This document shows positions 16,009 to 24,422 of a stretch of 25,009 bases of DNA, piece after piece. Origin of the DNA: a virus (taxonomy: Duplodnaviria; Caudoviricetes); IMG/VR virus record IMGVR_UViG_3300014202_000031, positions 1 through 25,009 of that record; one strand, given 5' to 3'. The notes beneath the pieces are model-generated. The model worked only from the letters and a program-made list of their open reading frames with translations, was not told the origin of the DNA and searched no databases. The translations under genes were made by a program, and so were the position numbers. Numbering within the stretch: the first letter of the stretch is position 1; each line of letters opens with the position of its first letter.

Positions 16009-17886
16009 TTATTTACTTGATAATGTTTCTACACCTTTGTCGGTTGCCGCAGTTGGAATAAATGTAAATTTTGATAAATAACCATTTACCCTATCAAACA
16101 AAACCAAATTATTTAAATTCGTATCAAGTGACAATTGTTGCTTAGTAAATTGCTGAACTATAGCTGAAATCCCAGCATTAACACTGTTTATTAAAATAGC
16201 ATTACTATTATAGCTAATAGCTATTTTATTTATTTGATTAAACCCAAGACCAGTACCCACTGCCGCCACACCAACGGCACTAAAAGTGATGGCATTTGAA
16301 GTTCGATAATCAAATCTTCTAGTGACGTTTTGTCCAAGAAAAAATGGGTATCTTTCACCAGATAGCCCTAAAATATTAAATGTGCTAAAAAATGTTCCTT
16401 TGTTTAAATTAAACCAACTATTAAAATTAACTCCGCCTACTGTCACAACATCAACCGCCCTCGTCGCCGTAGCCGTAGTAGTCAATATCGGTGTCGTTAC
16501 AAAAGCCCCATCCTCTACTTGCCCATAATCCATTGCTACAGCATCGCCACTCACTGCCAGCTTAATGCCAACAGTCGGGTTAGTCACCGTGCCGGACAAT
16601 ACAATCCTGCGCCATTCGCTTGCAGATAAATCCACCGTTGAATAGGTAGTGCCATCAAGCGATACTTGACAGTTGCCTGTGCCAATCAGTCTCGTAAGGT
16701 ATACCGAGTTTGTGCGTGAACCTGAAGCTAGTGTAATCGTTTGAATACAAGTGCCATCGTTAGCCGTAGCTGTGAGAGATGATGCCGCATTAGCTACACC
16801 GTCTACTCCTGTTTGGTCTTTTGCTGCGGTTACATTTGTCTTTACCCATTGTGTCTGTGTTGCATCCCTACACCATAGAATACGGTTAGTGCAAGCTTCT
16901 TCGATAAGCAAGCCGTTGGATGTAGGGTTAGCGGCTAAAGGGATAACGTACGGGTCAGCAATCGTTCCTGCTCCTGTGCTTGCAGTACTCGCCCAATCAA
17001 ATCTAGGCTGCCCGATGTTAGTTGGAAAGTATTCAGTAGCAGTTGAGCCGAGTTCTAGCTGTGCGCCCCAAAGGAAAACACCGGATTCGCCGTCTCCCAC
17101 ATAAGATGGTGCGATTGTTGACTGCGCTGGTGCAGCGGAAGAATCAGACAAATACACCATTGGATTTGCACCGCCAGTTGAATTTGTTGCAGTCATCGAA
17201 ACTCTATACCAACCATCACCAACATCACTAATTGAGGCTGCTGTTACAGATGCGCTCGTGTTATATGTTTGATTACTTAAATCAAAAACAGTATGTGCGT
17301 AAGAGATTGTTGTTAAATTTATTCGCAACCCAAAAAATCTACCCCCGCTAATTTCTTTTACATAAACACTAAGTGTAACTTGTCCGGTTTGAGATATTGT
17401 TGCAAAAGACCTATGCACTCCATTTGCAGTAGTCTCAGTAAAAGTGTCAGCAGTTAAGTTCCCGTCAGGGGCAACTCCAACATCTTTTACAACATCTATG
17501 TTTGTTTTAGTCCACGCCGCATTATCAAAATCCTGCGGAAACGTCAGCAGATTATTCCCCAACGCACCTTGATTCGCATGGCTTGATAAAGTGCCATCAG
17601 CCTTAACGTAGTTACCATTACTTGCCCTAGTGAACGTCACCGCATCCATTGACTTACCTTGCCCGATACCACGAACAAAGCCTCTGTCATTGGCAAAGTC
17701 TAGGTCAAGCGTTGCGCCTTGTGCTGGAAATGTGTCAGTCCATGCAGCATTGATTAACTTCTTAGATTGGTTTGGTCCACGACCAAGCCCTGCTTGCGTT
17801 CTCGCATCGGAGTTGGCTCTTACACCATCGCCGAGTTTAGCAAGACCGCCGATTCCGGAGCGATGTGCATCGACCATAGAAGGCAT
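16009..17886 (-). CDS. Virion fibre/spike protein with carbohydrate-binding-like beta-sandwich domains
   Basis: LDLDFA, TFTRAS, NLLTFPQDFDNAAW, GDGWYRVSMT, LWGAQLELGSTATEYFPT, PRFD, GLLIEE and ATRAVD motifs typical of phage fibre modules. Confidence 0.7.
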   Translation of the reverse strand: MPSMVDAHRSGIGGLAKLGDGVRANSDARTQAGLGRGPNQSKKLINAAWTDTFPAQGATLDLDFANDRGFVRGIGQGKSMDAVTFTRASNGNYVKADGTLSSHANQGALGNNLLTFPQDFDNAAWTKTNIDVVKDVGVAPDGNLTADTFTETTANGVHRSFATISQTGQVTLSVYVKEISGGRFFGLRINLTTISYAHTVFDLSNQTYNTSASVTAASISDVGDGWYRVSMTATNSTGGANPMVYLSDSSAAPAQSTIAPSYVGDGESGVFLWGAQLELGSTATEYFPTNIGQPRFDWASTASTGAGTIADPYVIPLAANPTSNGLLIEEACTNRILWCRDATQTQWVKTNVTAAKDQTGVDGVANAASSLTATANDGTCIQTITLASGSRTNSVYLTRLIGTGNCQVSLDGTTYSTVDLSASEWRRIVLSGTVTNPTVGIKLAVSGDAVAMDYGQVEDGAFVTTPILTTTATATRAVDVVTVGGVNFNSWFNLNKGTFFSTFNILGLSGERYPFFLGQNVTRRFDYRTSNAITFSAVGVAAVGTGLGFNQINKIAISYNSNAILINSVNAGISAIVQQFTKQQLSLDTNLNNLVLFDRVNGYLSKFTFIPTAATDKGVETLSSK

Positions 17887-18641
17887 TAGTAAAATTCCTT
17901 TAGTTCTGGAAACAACTTTGTTACAGACGCTTTGTTATATGTTTTCTTGCTAGTTATCTCAGACATAAATTTAACTTGAGAAGGATGCTCTACGCCATAT
18001 TCTTTCATATATTTTTGCTTTATTTTTTCTTTAATTTCTTTTGCTTGAAATGGATTCTCTACACCATAATTTTTAATATATGATTGTTTTGATTTTTCAC
18101 GAACTTCTTTTGCACCAATAGCAAAAGCAACTCCATATTTTTTTAAGTTTGAATTTATCATTCTTTGTTTAAGTTCTGGGGAATCCATTGTTTGAGAAAC
18201 CCCAAAATTCTCAAGCAAAGTTTTGCGTTTCTTTTCTTTTATTGCTTCGTGCTGAGATGGATTGCTAACTCCCAACTTGTCTTTAAATGTTTGTTTTGAT
18301 TTTTCTTTAAAGTGCTCTGTGCCAAAAGAAGCCCCAACATTATTGTGCGTGTTTAGCCATTCATCTGATTTAGCACAATTATTGTCATTCAAAAAAGTAG
18401 TTTCAAAAGTATACGGGGCATCCATTTCCTCAATAGTCAATACAATGAAAGCGTCTAGCCCCTCCTCTTTAATTAGAGCTTTTACTATTGGGGAAGAAGT
18501 GCAATATCCCCCATCTTTCATAAACTCATTAGGCGAACAGCCTTTTGCCCAACGTGAGCCAGCATACTTTTTACCAGTAGCTTTATGCTCGATTATATAA
18601 AAATAAGGGGATGTCACTTTTAATAATCTTCTACCATACAC
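17886..18641 (-). CDS. GIY-YIG-like (Seg-type) free-standing homing endonuclease with C-terminal 23-aa repeats
   Basis: YFYIIEHKATGKKYAGS (degenerate GIY-YIG), Y(C)TSS, ET and WLN. Five K..YGV.NP.Q-type repeats. AT-rich relative to most of the window. Alternative start GTG 18617. Confidence 0.7.
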   Translation of the reverse strand: MYGRRLLKVTSPYFYIIEHKATGKKYAGSRWAKGCSPNEFMKDGGYCTSSPIVKALIKEEGLDAFIVLTIEEMDAPYTFETTFLNDNNCAKSDEWLNTHNNVGASFGTEHFKEKSKQTFKDKLGVSNPSQHEAIKEKKRKTLLENFGVSQTMDSPELKQRMINSNLKKYGVAFAIGAKEVREKSKQSYIKNYGVENPFQAKEIKEKIKQKYMKEYGVEHPSQVKFMSEITSKKTYNKASVTKLFPELKEFY

Positions 18642-19039
18642 ACGAAAGTGATTTCTTTTGCTGAAGTAACTGTTGCCTGACTATTTACTTTTAGTATATA
18701 CCCTGCTGGGAGAGGCAAAATTCTCTTGCCGGAAGAATCGTAGGGTAGGCTTGGCATAAGAGTGCCGCCGAGTAGGTCAATGGTAGCTGCCGTACCATTA
18801 TCGCCAGAGCGTAGCGGGATGTTGACCGATCCGATTAGAAAGTCAGTAGAGCCGTCATTCACCCATAGCTGAACTACTCTTGCCGCCGTGTCGGTAGATT
18901 GCACGTTGATAGCTTTTACAATGGCGTCATTTGTGCCTGCGGTGAACAGCGTTTTAAGCGTAGTGGTATCGGCTGGTACAATCGTTGCACCGGATAGCTT
19001 GATGTTTTGGGTGAAGTTTAAGTTGGTAGATTTAGGCAT
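18620..19039 (-). CDS. Structural protein (small beta-sandwich) of the fibre module
   Basis: 139 aa, Thr-rich beta pattern, located within the tail gene block. Confidence 0.5.
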   Translation of the reverse strand: MPKSTNLNFTQNIKLSGATIVPADTTTLKTLFTAGTNDAIVKAINVQSTDTAARVVQLWVNDGSTDFLIGSVNIPLRSGDNGTAATIDLLGGTLMPSLPYDSSGKRILPLPAGYILKVNSQATVTSAKEITFVCMVEDY

Positions 19040-19040
19040 T

Positions 19041-19397
19041 TTACAGTCCCATTAAAAGTAGTCGCACGATAGGAACACTGTCTATCGCATTAATAGCAGG
19101 GTTGGCGGGGTAGTCAATAAACACGTCTTTAGTCCCAGCCCCAAAGTCTATGGGGTTGCCTGAATCGCTCGAAGACAGAACTGTGGTCCTTGCTAGAGTG
19201 GTGCCTGACGCGGTGTATGTACCAATACCTACTTCCCACTCACCTGAAACGCGGTTGACTATGGTGTAGTATGTAGTATTACCGTCCCCAACTACAGAAA
19301 ACGCCTGAAACCCCGGCTCCGCACCTAAAAGCGTTACCGTTCCAGTACCTGTAGTGGTGGTGGTCTCTTTAACCCTATCAGCGACGATAAATGGCAT
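19041..19397 (-). CDS. Tail fibre anchor-type domain protein
   Basis: [15 protein letters not shown]...[24 protein letters not shown]...GTKDVF, recognised as a common fibre N-terminal domain. Confidence 0.65.
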   Translation of the reverse strand: MPFIVADRVKETTTTTGTGTVTLLGAEPGFQAFSVVGDGNTTYYTIVNRVSGEWEVGIGTYTASGTTLARTTVLSSSDSGNPIDFGAGTKDVFIDYPANPAINAIDSVPIVRLLLMGL

Positions 19398-19400
19398 GGA

Positions 19401-19832
19401 TTAAGCAATCCGGATAATGGCATTCGATGCGTCTGCGGTTGGGAACACAATGGTAAAGTCACCATTGGTAGAAGTCTTATCTCCGCCAAATGCAAGAACC
19501 GCGACTGCCTTGTCAGACTTGGAGCTATTATAAATCAAAGCGCCGTTAGCCGTAATAGTCGCGGAGGACCATGTAGTATCCGCAAAGTCAGTAAATGCTG
19601 TAGTGCCTGAAGATGTTGGGGTTACATTAGTCAGCGTGTTACCACCGGCGGAATAGTTGCCTGTTGAAGCGACTTCGTTAGTAGTGCTGTATGCTGTAGT
19701 AGACGCGCCCAATGTAGCAGAGGAAGTGAACAGCGCGATTTTAAACGTATCGCCTGTGCCGTTAGTAAAATTATGGGTTGCAGTCAACAGTTCTACTTTA
19801 AAACTGGTCGGTAGTGCTTGTGCGATTGCCAT
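19401..19832 (-). CDS. Conserved-type tail/structural protein
   Basis: TSFKVELL...FKIALFTSSATL...FTDFAD...TANGALIYN...FGGDKTSTNGDFTIVFP. Confidence 0.65.
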   Translation of the reverse strand: MAIAQALPTSFKVELLTATHNFTNGTGDTFKIALFTSSATLGASTTAYSTTNEVASTGNYSAGGNTLTNVTPTSSGTTAFTDFADTTWSSATITANGALIYNSSKSDKAVAVLAFGGDKTSTNGDFTIVFPTADASNAIIRIA

Positions 19833-19842
19833 GTTAAATCTC

Positions 19843-20130
19843 CTAGTCGAGTATCTTAATTAATTCTTCATGCCCCGCTTGGCGGAGCCGGTTTGCGATA
19901 GTTGTGTTGTGCGAAGCTACCGCCTGCTTCATGTAGAATAGCATGACCGCCCTGATTTGATTTCTAAACGCCTCGGCTTGGTCCCTAATAACAGGGTGGC
20001 TTTGACTGCCTACATAAATAATCTTATCAAGTGCATGCTCTACAAGTTCCTCTGGGGTGTGACCCCTGTTTTCTGTAGTCTTTACTATGACGCTACTTAA
20101 CAGCGCCGGTATTTCTGCAGTAAAACTCAT
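19843..20130 (-). CDS. Hypothetical protein
   Basis: 95 aa, RBS AAGGAG, helical pattern, in operon. Confidence 0.7.
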   Translation of the reverse strand: MSFTAEIPALLSSVIVKTTENRGHTPEELVEHALDKIIYVGSQSHPVIRDQAEAFRNQIRAVMLFYMKQAVASHNTTIANRLRQAGHEELIKILD

Positions 20131-20139
20131 ATCGCTCCT

Positions 20140-20772
20140 TTACATTACTGGGTATCGTGCTTGTCCGTCTCTATATGCATCTGTTCTGTTCTTGCCATCG
20201 CCCATCATCTTCAGCATTGCCATAGCCTCGTCATACCGTTTTTGATATGCCGCCATAACGTCTTGCTCGCCTTTCATGAACACGTACGCTTCCAACAAGC
20301 ATCCATATAGTAAAGCGGTATCAAAATTATCACCAAGCCAAGAAGTGCCAGCATCAACAATAGACGCAGGGTAGTAGAAATAATGCAGCTCCATATCGTA
20401 GTCGTCATCCGGCGTCGGGCCCAGTATGAACGTATCTTGGTCGAATTGCGCATAGTGTGTAGGCTTCCCTTCAACCGCAGGATATGGAAATGCTTCTCGG
20501 ATAAAGTTCACGTCCTTGTTCAGCAAGTAGTCATACTCTCCAGTTACCGGGTCAATAACAGCCAACGAAAACGTAGCAAGCCAGTCAGAGGGGCATGTCA
20601 AGTATTTGTTACCACTAGTAGCGTTTCCCGTTACGTTCTTTCGCAATGCTGGAAGCTGAATCTGGTTGTATATCCGTTGCTCTGATTGCATAATAAACCG
20701 GTCTACGTCATCTTTCGTAAACTTGTTTTCTACTGTGCTTTCAATAGCTCCTACGAGCTGCGTGTAGTTCAT
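20140..20772 (-). CDS. Head-tail adaptor / tail tubular protein A-like
   Basis: Helical N-terminus (MNYTQLVGAI...FIMQSEQRI), beta core (GKPTHYA, LGPTPD), helical C-terminus (LLYGCLLEAYVFMK). Confidence 0.6.
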   Translation of the reverse strand: MNYTQLVGAIESTVENKFTKDDVDRFIMQSEQRIYNQIQLPALRKNVTGNATSGNKYLTCPSDWLATFSLAVIDPVTGEYDYLLNKDVNFIREAFPYPAVEGKPTHYAQFDQDTFILGPTPDDDYDMELHYFYYPASIVDAGTSWLGDNFDTALLYGCLLEAYVFMKGEQDVMAAYQKRYDEAMAMLKMMGDGKNRTDAYRDGQARYPVM

Positions 20773-20782
20773 GGGTTATCCC

Positions 20783-20926
20783 TTATTGGCTATTCTTGCT
20801 ATAGCCCTTACCACGTGTAGCTGCGCCAGTACCACGAATTTGTTTGGTTTGAGTGTTGCCTGTGTTGTTTGGGTAACCTGCCGTATTAGGGACGGGTACC
20901 GGTTTTGGTTGATTATACTCTGCCAT
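20783..20926 (-). CDS. Small basic protein (47 aa)
   Basis: Below the track cutoff. MAEYNQPKPVPVPNTAGYPNNTGNTQTKQIRGTGAATRGKGYSKNSQ. RBS AGGAG. Fills the intergenic gap. Confidence 0.7.
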   Translation of the reverse strand: MAEYNQPKPVPVPNTAGYPNNTGNTQTKQIRGTGAATRGKGYSKNSQ

Positions 20927-20927
20927 T

Positions 20928-21281
20928 TTATTCTCCTATATGCACAGTGACTGCGCCTAGTTGTCCGGTTGCTTCCAAGTTGTCTGGTATTGGAAGGTCT
21001 AATAAATTGTTAAACCCTACTGGGTTCCACCCCCACTGCACGTCTCTACTTTGTGGTACACCTGTTTCCGGTCTAGGGTCCCTTAATGCTTGTGGGTCTA
21101 CTATTGGGTACATCCCTAATTGCAGTTGCGGTTGGTCCGGTTCCCAGCAGTCTGGGCACACCAGTATATTAACATTCTTGGTCTTAATTACCAGTCTTTT
21201 CAACTGTTTAAGCTTGAATCTAAACCCGCACCTATCGCATGATGCGATAGCAAATTTCCCTGAACTGTAGTTACTACCCAT
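20928..21281 (-). CDS. Hypothetical protein with CxxC...CxxC zinc-ribbon
   Basis: CDRC and CPDC, followed by PQLQLG...DPQALRDPRP. Confidence 0.75.
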   Translation of the reverse strand: MGSNYSSGKFAIASCDRCGFRFKLKQLKRLVIKTKNVNILVCPDCWEPDQPQLQLGMYPIVDPQALRDPRPETGVPQSRDVQWGWNPVGFNNLLDLPIPDNLEATGQLGAVTVHIGE

Positions 21282-21284
21282 TAC

Positions 21285-21596
21285 TTACACCTGTGTTCTT
21301 GGTTTAAACAGCTCTTTCTTGTATACGCCGACCACACCCTCGTTAAGAAACCAAATCTGCACAATTGCATTGTCTGCATTCCAGCATCCGGGATGTACTG
21401 GGTTACCGGGGTCAGTCGCATATCCGTAATAATCAAACCCATATTCGTTTTTAACCGGGCATTCCTCAAGGGTTAAAACAATCTCGCCTACTTCCGTAGG
21501 CATCACCATCTCTTTAACTGCCTCTGCGCCATCCGCTACTTTATACGCAAGAAATATAATTGCTGTTACTGCTGCTCCGTAGATAAATGGGCGCAT
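21285..21596 (-). CDS. Hypothetical exported/membrane-anchored protein
   Basis: ATG 21596 after AAGGAG (the track extends to TTG 21617). N-terminal hydrophobic helix and two Cys. Confidence 0.65.
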   Translation of the reverse strand: MRPFIYGAAVTAIIFLAYKVADGAEAVKEMVMPTEVGEIVLTLEECPVKNEYGFDYYGYATDPGNPVHPGCWNADNAIVQIWFLNEGVVGVYKKELFKPRTQV

Positions 21597-21609
21597 CTCA
21601 ATCTCCTTT

Positions 21610-22218
21610 TTACTCAATTATATACTTATTGCCTTTTTGGGCGTTAATTATCGCGGGTATAACTTGCAGGTTTTCAATAACGTGTAACCCACAGACTAAA
21701 GAATTTTGTAATGGGATTACATGGTCTACTTGCCACTTATATCCAGTTGCTATCTCCCGAAGTTTAGCTAACCCATACGCTTCCTGAATTAAAAACCATT
21801 CTTCTGCTGTAACCCACTTGGGTATTGCGTTTCGTTTAGCAGCTCGCCTTTTAGCATACCCTGCACGTCGTTTAGGTATATTTTTACATGTCCATGCATT
21901 TTTTGCTGCGCGTACTTTTTCTGGGTATGAACTGCTGTATTTTATTTTTGACGCCTTAAATTTTTCCGGGTTATTTTGCTCCCATTTTTTTCTAGCTATT
22001 CGTTTTTTCTCCGGATTTGCTTGAGCATAGGTTCTATCTTTTTCCTTTACATGTTCCTGATTGTTAAGCTTCCATTGTTTTTTGCATTCTGCTATCCGAA
22101 CAGAATGAGCTGCACGATATGCCCGCATATATTCCGCTACACACTCTTTACAGCTATTCCCGCGTTTCGGGAATAGTTCGATTGCTTTATTTACCATACA
22201 TGTGCTACAAATTCTCAT
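21610..22218 (-). CDS. HNH homing endonuclease
   Basis: N-terminal CxxC...CxxC, 15-aa (N/Y)PEK helical repeats, C-terminal VDHVIPLQ...GLHVIENLQVIPAIINAQKGNK. Confidence 0.88.
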   Translation of the reverse strand: MRICSTCMVNKAIELFPKRGNSCKECVAEYMRAYRAAHSVRIAECKKQWKLNNQEHVKEKDRTYAQANPEKKRIARKKWEQNNPEKFKASKIKYSSSYPEKVRAAKNAWTCKNIPKRRAGYAKRRAAKRNAIPKWVTAEEWFLIQEAYGLAKLREIATGYKWQVDHVIPLQNSLVCGLHVIENLQVIPAIINAQKGNKYIIE

Positions 22219-22934
22219 AGAAAACCAACTCTAGGTGCAATCCTAATTGCGGCACGTTCTCTATCTTCGTCTGCAGCTTCACGAAATGCTTCGTCGTACA
22301 TTGCCTTTAAATCCGCTGCGCGTGTTGCGGCTTCTGGAATCTTTAAGCTCAAGTGAAACGCCAATCCAGCAACAAGTGCTGGCAAGAACCTAAACGGAAT
22401 GTCTGCCGTAGTTACCCCGCTACCCATGTCCTGAATTCTTCGCAGTCTCCAGTAAACAAACGTATATGGGGTTGAGCCGTCTGGAGTAGGCCAGACAGTA
22501 ATTTGCGGGTATTTAACTTCTGTTGTCATCCCATCAGGATATGTAGCGCCTGATTGACGGTTAATCCATACTTGTATAGGGCGGCCTTGAGTATTTTTGT
22601 TCGGGATGGTCGCATAAGTCGAGACAGAAATTCTGGATATATTGATGTCGGTTTGGTTTTGTCCTGTTTGCGTCCTGACCACATAATCAAGTAAATCAAT
22701 AGTATCCGCAGGGAGGTCATACGTGGCTTGCCCTTGAACTAATGGAATCTCGCCCTGTTCTATTGTCCATAAATTTATTCCCTTATTTGCCCACTCTATT
22801 GTCAACAAATTCAAAGACCTACGAGCAGTTCGCATGTCATAACCACTCCGCAATTCGGAGCCGCACCTCTCGAAGGCCTCTTCTATCAGCGAGTTGAGGT
22901 CAAGATTGAACGCTGTTGTGCCTGTAGTAGTCAT
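22215..22934 (-). CDS. Head-tail adaptor / DNA-stabilisation protein (P22 gp4-like N-terminus)
   Basis: Start ATG 22934 (TAATG overlap). LIEEAFERCG...ARRSLNLLTIEWAN, GRPIQVW, VWPTPD, DIPFRFLPALVAGLA. Confidence 0.65.
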   Translation of the reverse strand: MTTTGTTAFNLDLNSLIEEAFERCGSELRSGYDMRTARRSLNLLTIEWANKGINLWTIEQGEIPLVQGQATYDLPADTIDLLDYVVRTQTGQNQTDINISRISVSTYATIPNKNTQGRPIQVWINRQSGATYPDGMTTEVKYPQITVWPTPDGSTPYTFVYWRLRRIQDMGSGVTTADIPFRFLPALVAGLAFHLSLKIPEAATRAADLKAMYDEAFREAADEDRERAAIRIAPRVGFL

Positions 22935-23095
22935 TACTCTTCGCCAATATCTAGTTCTAAATCTAAATCGCCCCACGTAATACAGATACGCACGATAAAC
23001 AAATCTAACACGAGGTGCTGTAACCCGTCATCTTCAACGTATTCACCGCCTACCATCACGCCGGTAATAAAGCTAAAAAACACTGCGATTTTCAT
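22934..23095 (-). CDS. Hypothetical protein (53 aa)
   Basis: ATG 23095 after AAGGA. MKIAVFFSFITGVMVGGEYVEDD...; coupled to the adaptor gene. Confidence 0.6.
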   Translation of the reverse strand: MKIAVFFSFITGVMVGGEYVEDDGLQHLVLDLFIVRICITWGDLDLELDIGEE

Positions 23096-23105
23096 GGAGG
23101 TTCCT

Positions 23106-23264
23106 TTATCTACCAAGCCGCTTGGTCATGTTTGCTGCTTTAGCCAAGTTATCTACCGGACCTTTGACCCGGTTAGGGGCTTTAGGGCGTTTTAAGTTTG
23201 GGCCTTTTTGGTGCCCCGGTTGTTTCTTTGGGTTTATGGCCCCCATGCCTCTGGATGCTCTCAT
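23106..23264 (-). CDS. Small basic protein (52 aa)
   Basis: Below the track cutoff. MRASRGMGAINPKKQPGHQKGPNLKRPKAPNRVKGPVDNLAKAANMTKRLGR. Fills the gap, with GGGGT upstream. Confidence 0.65.
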   Translation of the reverse strand: MRASRGMGAINPKKQPGHQKGPNLKRPKAPNRVKGPVDNLAKAANMTKRLGR

Positions 23265-23266
23265 AA

Positions 23267-23752
23267 TTACCCCTGTGTTGGAGTTCCTGCCGCTATCCCA
23301 CGTAATGCTGCTAACCCGCCTACTGATGGCCCTGCGTTTGCTACAGATGCACCGGGAGTTAGTGTTGGGTTATATGTTCGTGGGGCACCCTGTTGTCCGC
23401 CTTGTTGGGCAAGCGCTTGTTGAATTGCACTCATATCGAACTGCGGTGCTGGAGTCATGGGTCTTGGAGGTCTAACTGCTGGCGCTACAGCCTCAGTTCC
23501 ATACGCAGTTAATCCTGCGGGCATATAGTTAGGAATCTCATAGTTGGAAGCCCCTTGGTTTTGATTGGGAAGCAGACCAGCCTGACTAGCCCCGAAAGGA
23601 GTACCTCCGATATAATTGCGGGTTTTTGGCATCATCGAATATATGTTAGCAAACGCAGGGGCATACCCCGCACCAGATATCGTGTAATACTGCCCTGTTG
23701 TAGAATCATAATAGACCTGATTTGGGTCAGTTCTTGTGCCTCCAATGCCCAT
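23267..23752 (-). CDS. Hypothetical low-complexity Pro/Gly/Ala/Gln-rich protein
   Basis: 161 aa, RBS AGGAG, in operon. Confidence 0.65.
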   Translation of the reverse strand: MGIGGTRTDPNQVYYDSTTGQYYTISGAGYAPAFANIYSMMPKTRNYIGGTPFGASQAGLLPNQNQGASNYEIPNYMPAGLTAYGTEAVAPAVRPPRPMTPAPQFDMSAIQQALAQQGGQQGAPRTYNPTLTPGASVANAGPSVGGLAALRGIAAGTPTQG

Positions 23753-23761
23753 GATTATCTC

Positions 23762-24115
23762 CTAGACCATTTTACCTTTGGTCTTGCCACGAAGCTCGCA
23801 GCCACCGCCCTTAGCGTACTTTTTAACAGCTCCGCCTTTTTTCATTGGACGACCGGTAACGGGCATTTCACGGCCACTCATTGCCGCAGCTCTATCGAGA
23901 CCTGTCATACCGGGAGCACCAGTAGTAGGCATCTCACGACCACTCATAGCAGCAGCACGGCCTAAGCCAGTCATACCACCGTTTGCGTAGCCCTTAACCT
24001 TACCGCCTTTTTTCATTGGCTTGCCCATACCTGACATATCACGACCGCTCATTGCAGCAGCACGTTCCAAACCACGCATTGCACCACCTTTATTACCTTC
24101 GTTTTTTCTCATCAT
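23762..24115 (-). CDS. Small basic GG-motif protein with three internal repeats
   Basis: GLxRAAAMSGR[DE]M three times, MKKGG...YAxGG twice, RBS AGGAG. Confidence 0.75.
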   Translation of the reverse strand: MMRKNEGNKGGAMRGLERAAAMSGRDMSGMGKPMKKGGKVKGYANGGMTGLGRAAAMSGREMPTTGAPGMTGLDRAAAMSGREMPVTGRPMKKGGAVKKYAKGGGCELRGKTKGKMV

Positions 24116-24121
24116 AATCTC

Positions 24122-24421
24122 CTAGATTATCTTACCTTTAGTCTTGCCTTTACGTTCAACCCCACCGCCTTTGGCGAATTTCTTGACCTTTTCCTTGGGT
24201 GGGTACTTTTTCTCCATCGCGGCCTTGTCAGCTGCAATCTGCTTGTCTCGGGCCTTGTTAACTGCTGCCTGCTTATCTTCCTTAGCTACCAAGTGGTCCG
24301 TATTTACTTTACCACCATCGGCATACCGCTTTACTTTACCACCACATTTCATTCCATGCATACGTTTCTCATGGCCCTTGACAGCGGTCTTTACGTCTTT
24401 TTTAGTTGCTGTGGTCTTCAT
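24122..24421 (-). CDS. Small basic GG-motif protein
   Basis: MKCGGKVKRYADGG and FAKGGGVERKGKTKGKII. The C-terminus is paralogous to that of the neighbouring gene. Confidence 0.75.
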   Translation of the reverse strand: MKTTATKKDVKTAVKGHEKRMHGMKCGGKVKRYADGGKVNTDHLVAKEDKQAAVNKARDKQIAADKAAMEKKYPPKEKVKKFAKGGGVERKGKTKGKII

Positions 24422-24422
24422 G

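Noticed and set aside
11935-17886. Diversity-generating retroelement or invertible fibre cassette
   Set aside because: No reverse transcriptase or invertase, no TR/VR pair with adenine-specific mismatches, and no inverted fibre segments were seen.
17886-22218. GIY-YIG and central HNH as intron-encoded ORFs
   Set aside because: The flanking genes appear complete and directly abut the ORFs, leaving no room for ribozyme cores.
23850-24080. Repeats as a CRISPR-like or other DNA-level array
   Set aside because: Conservation is at the amino-acid level with synonymous divergence and irregular spacing, so these are coding repeats.
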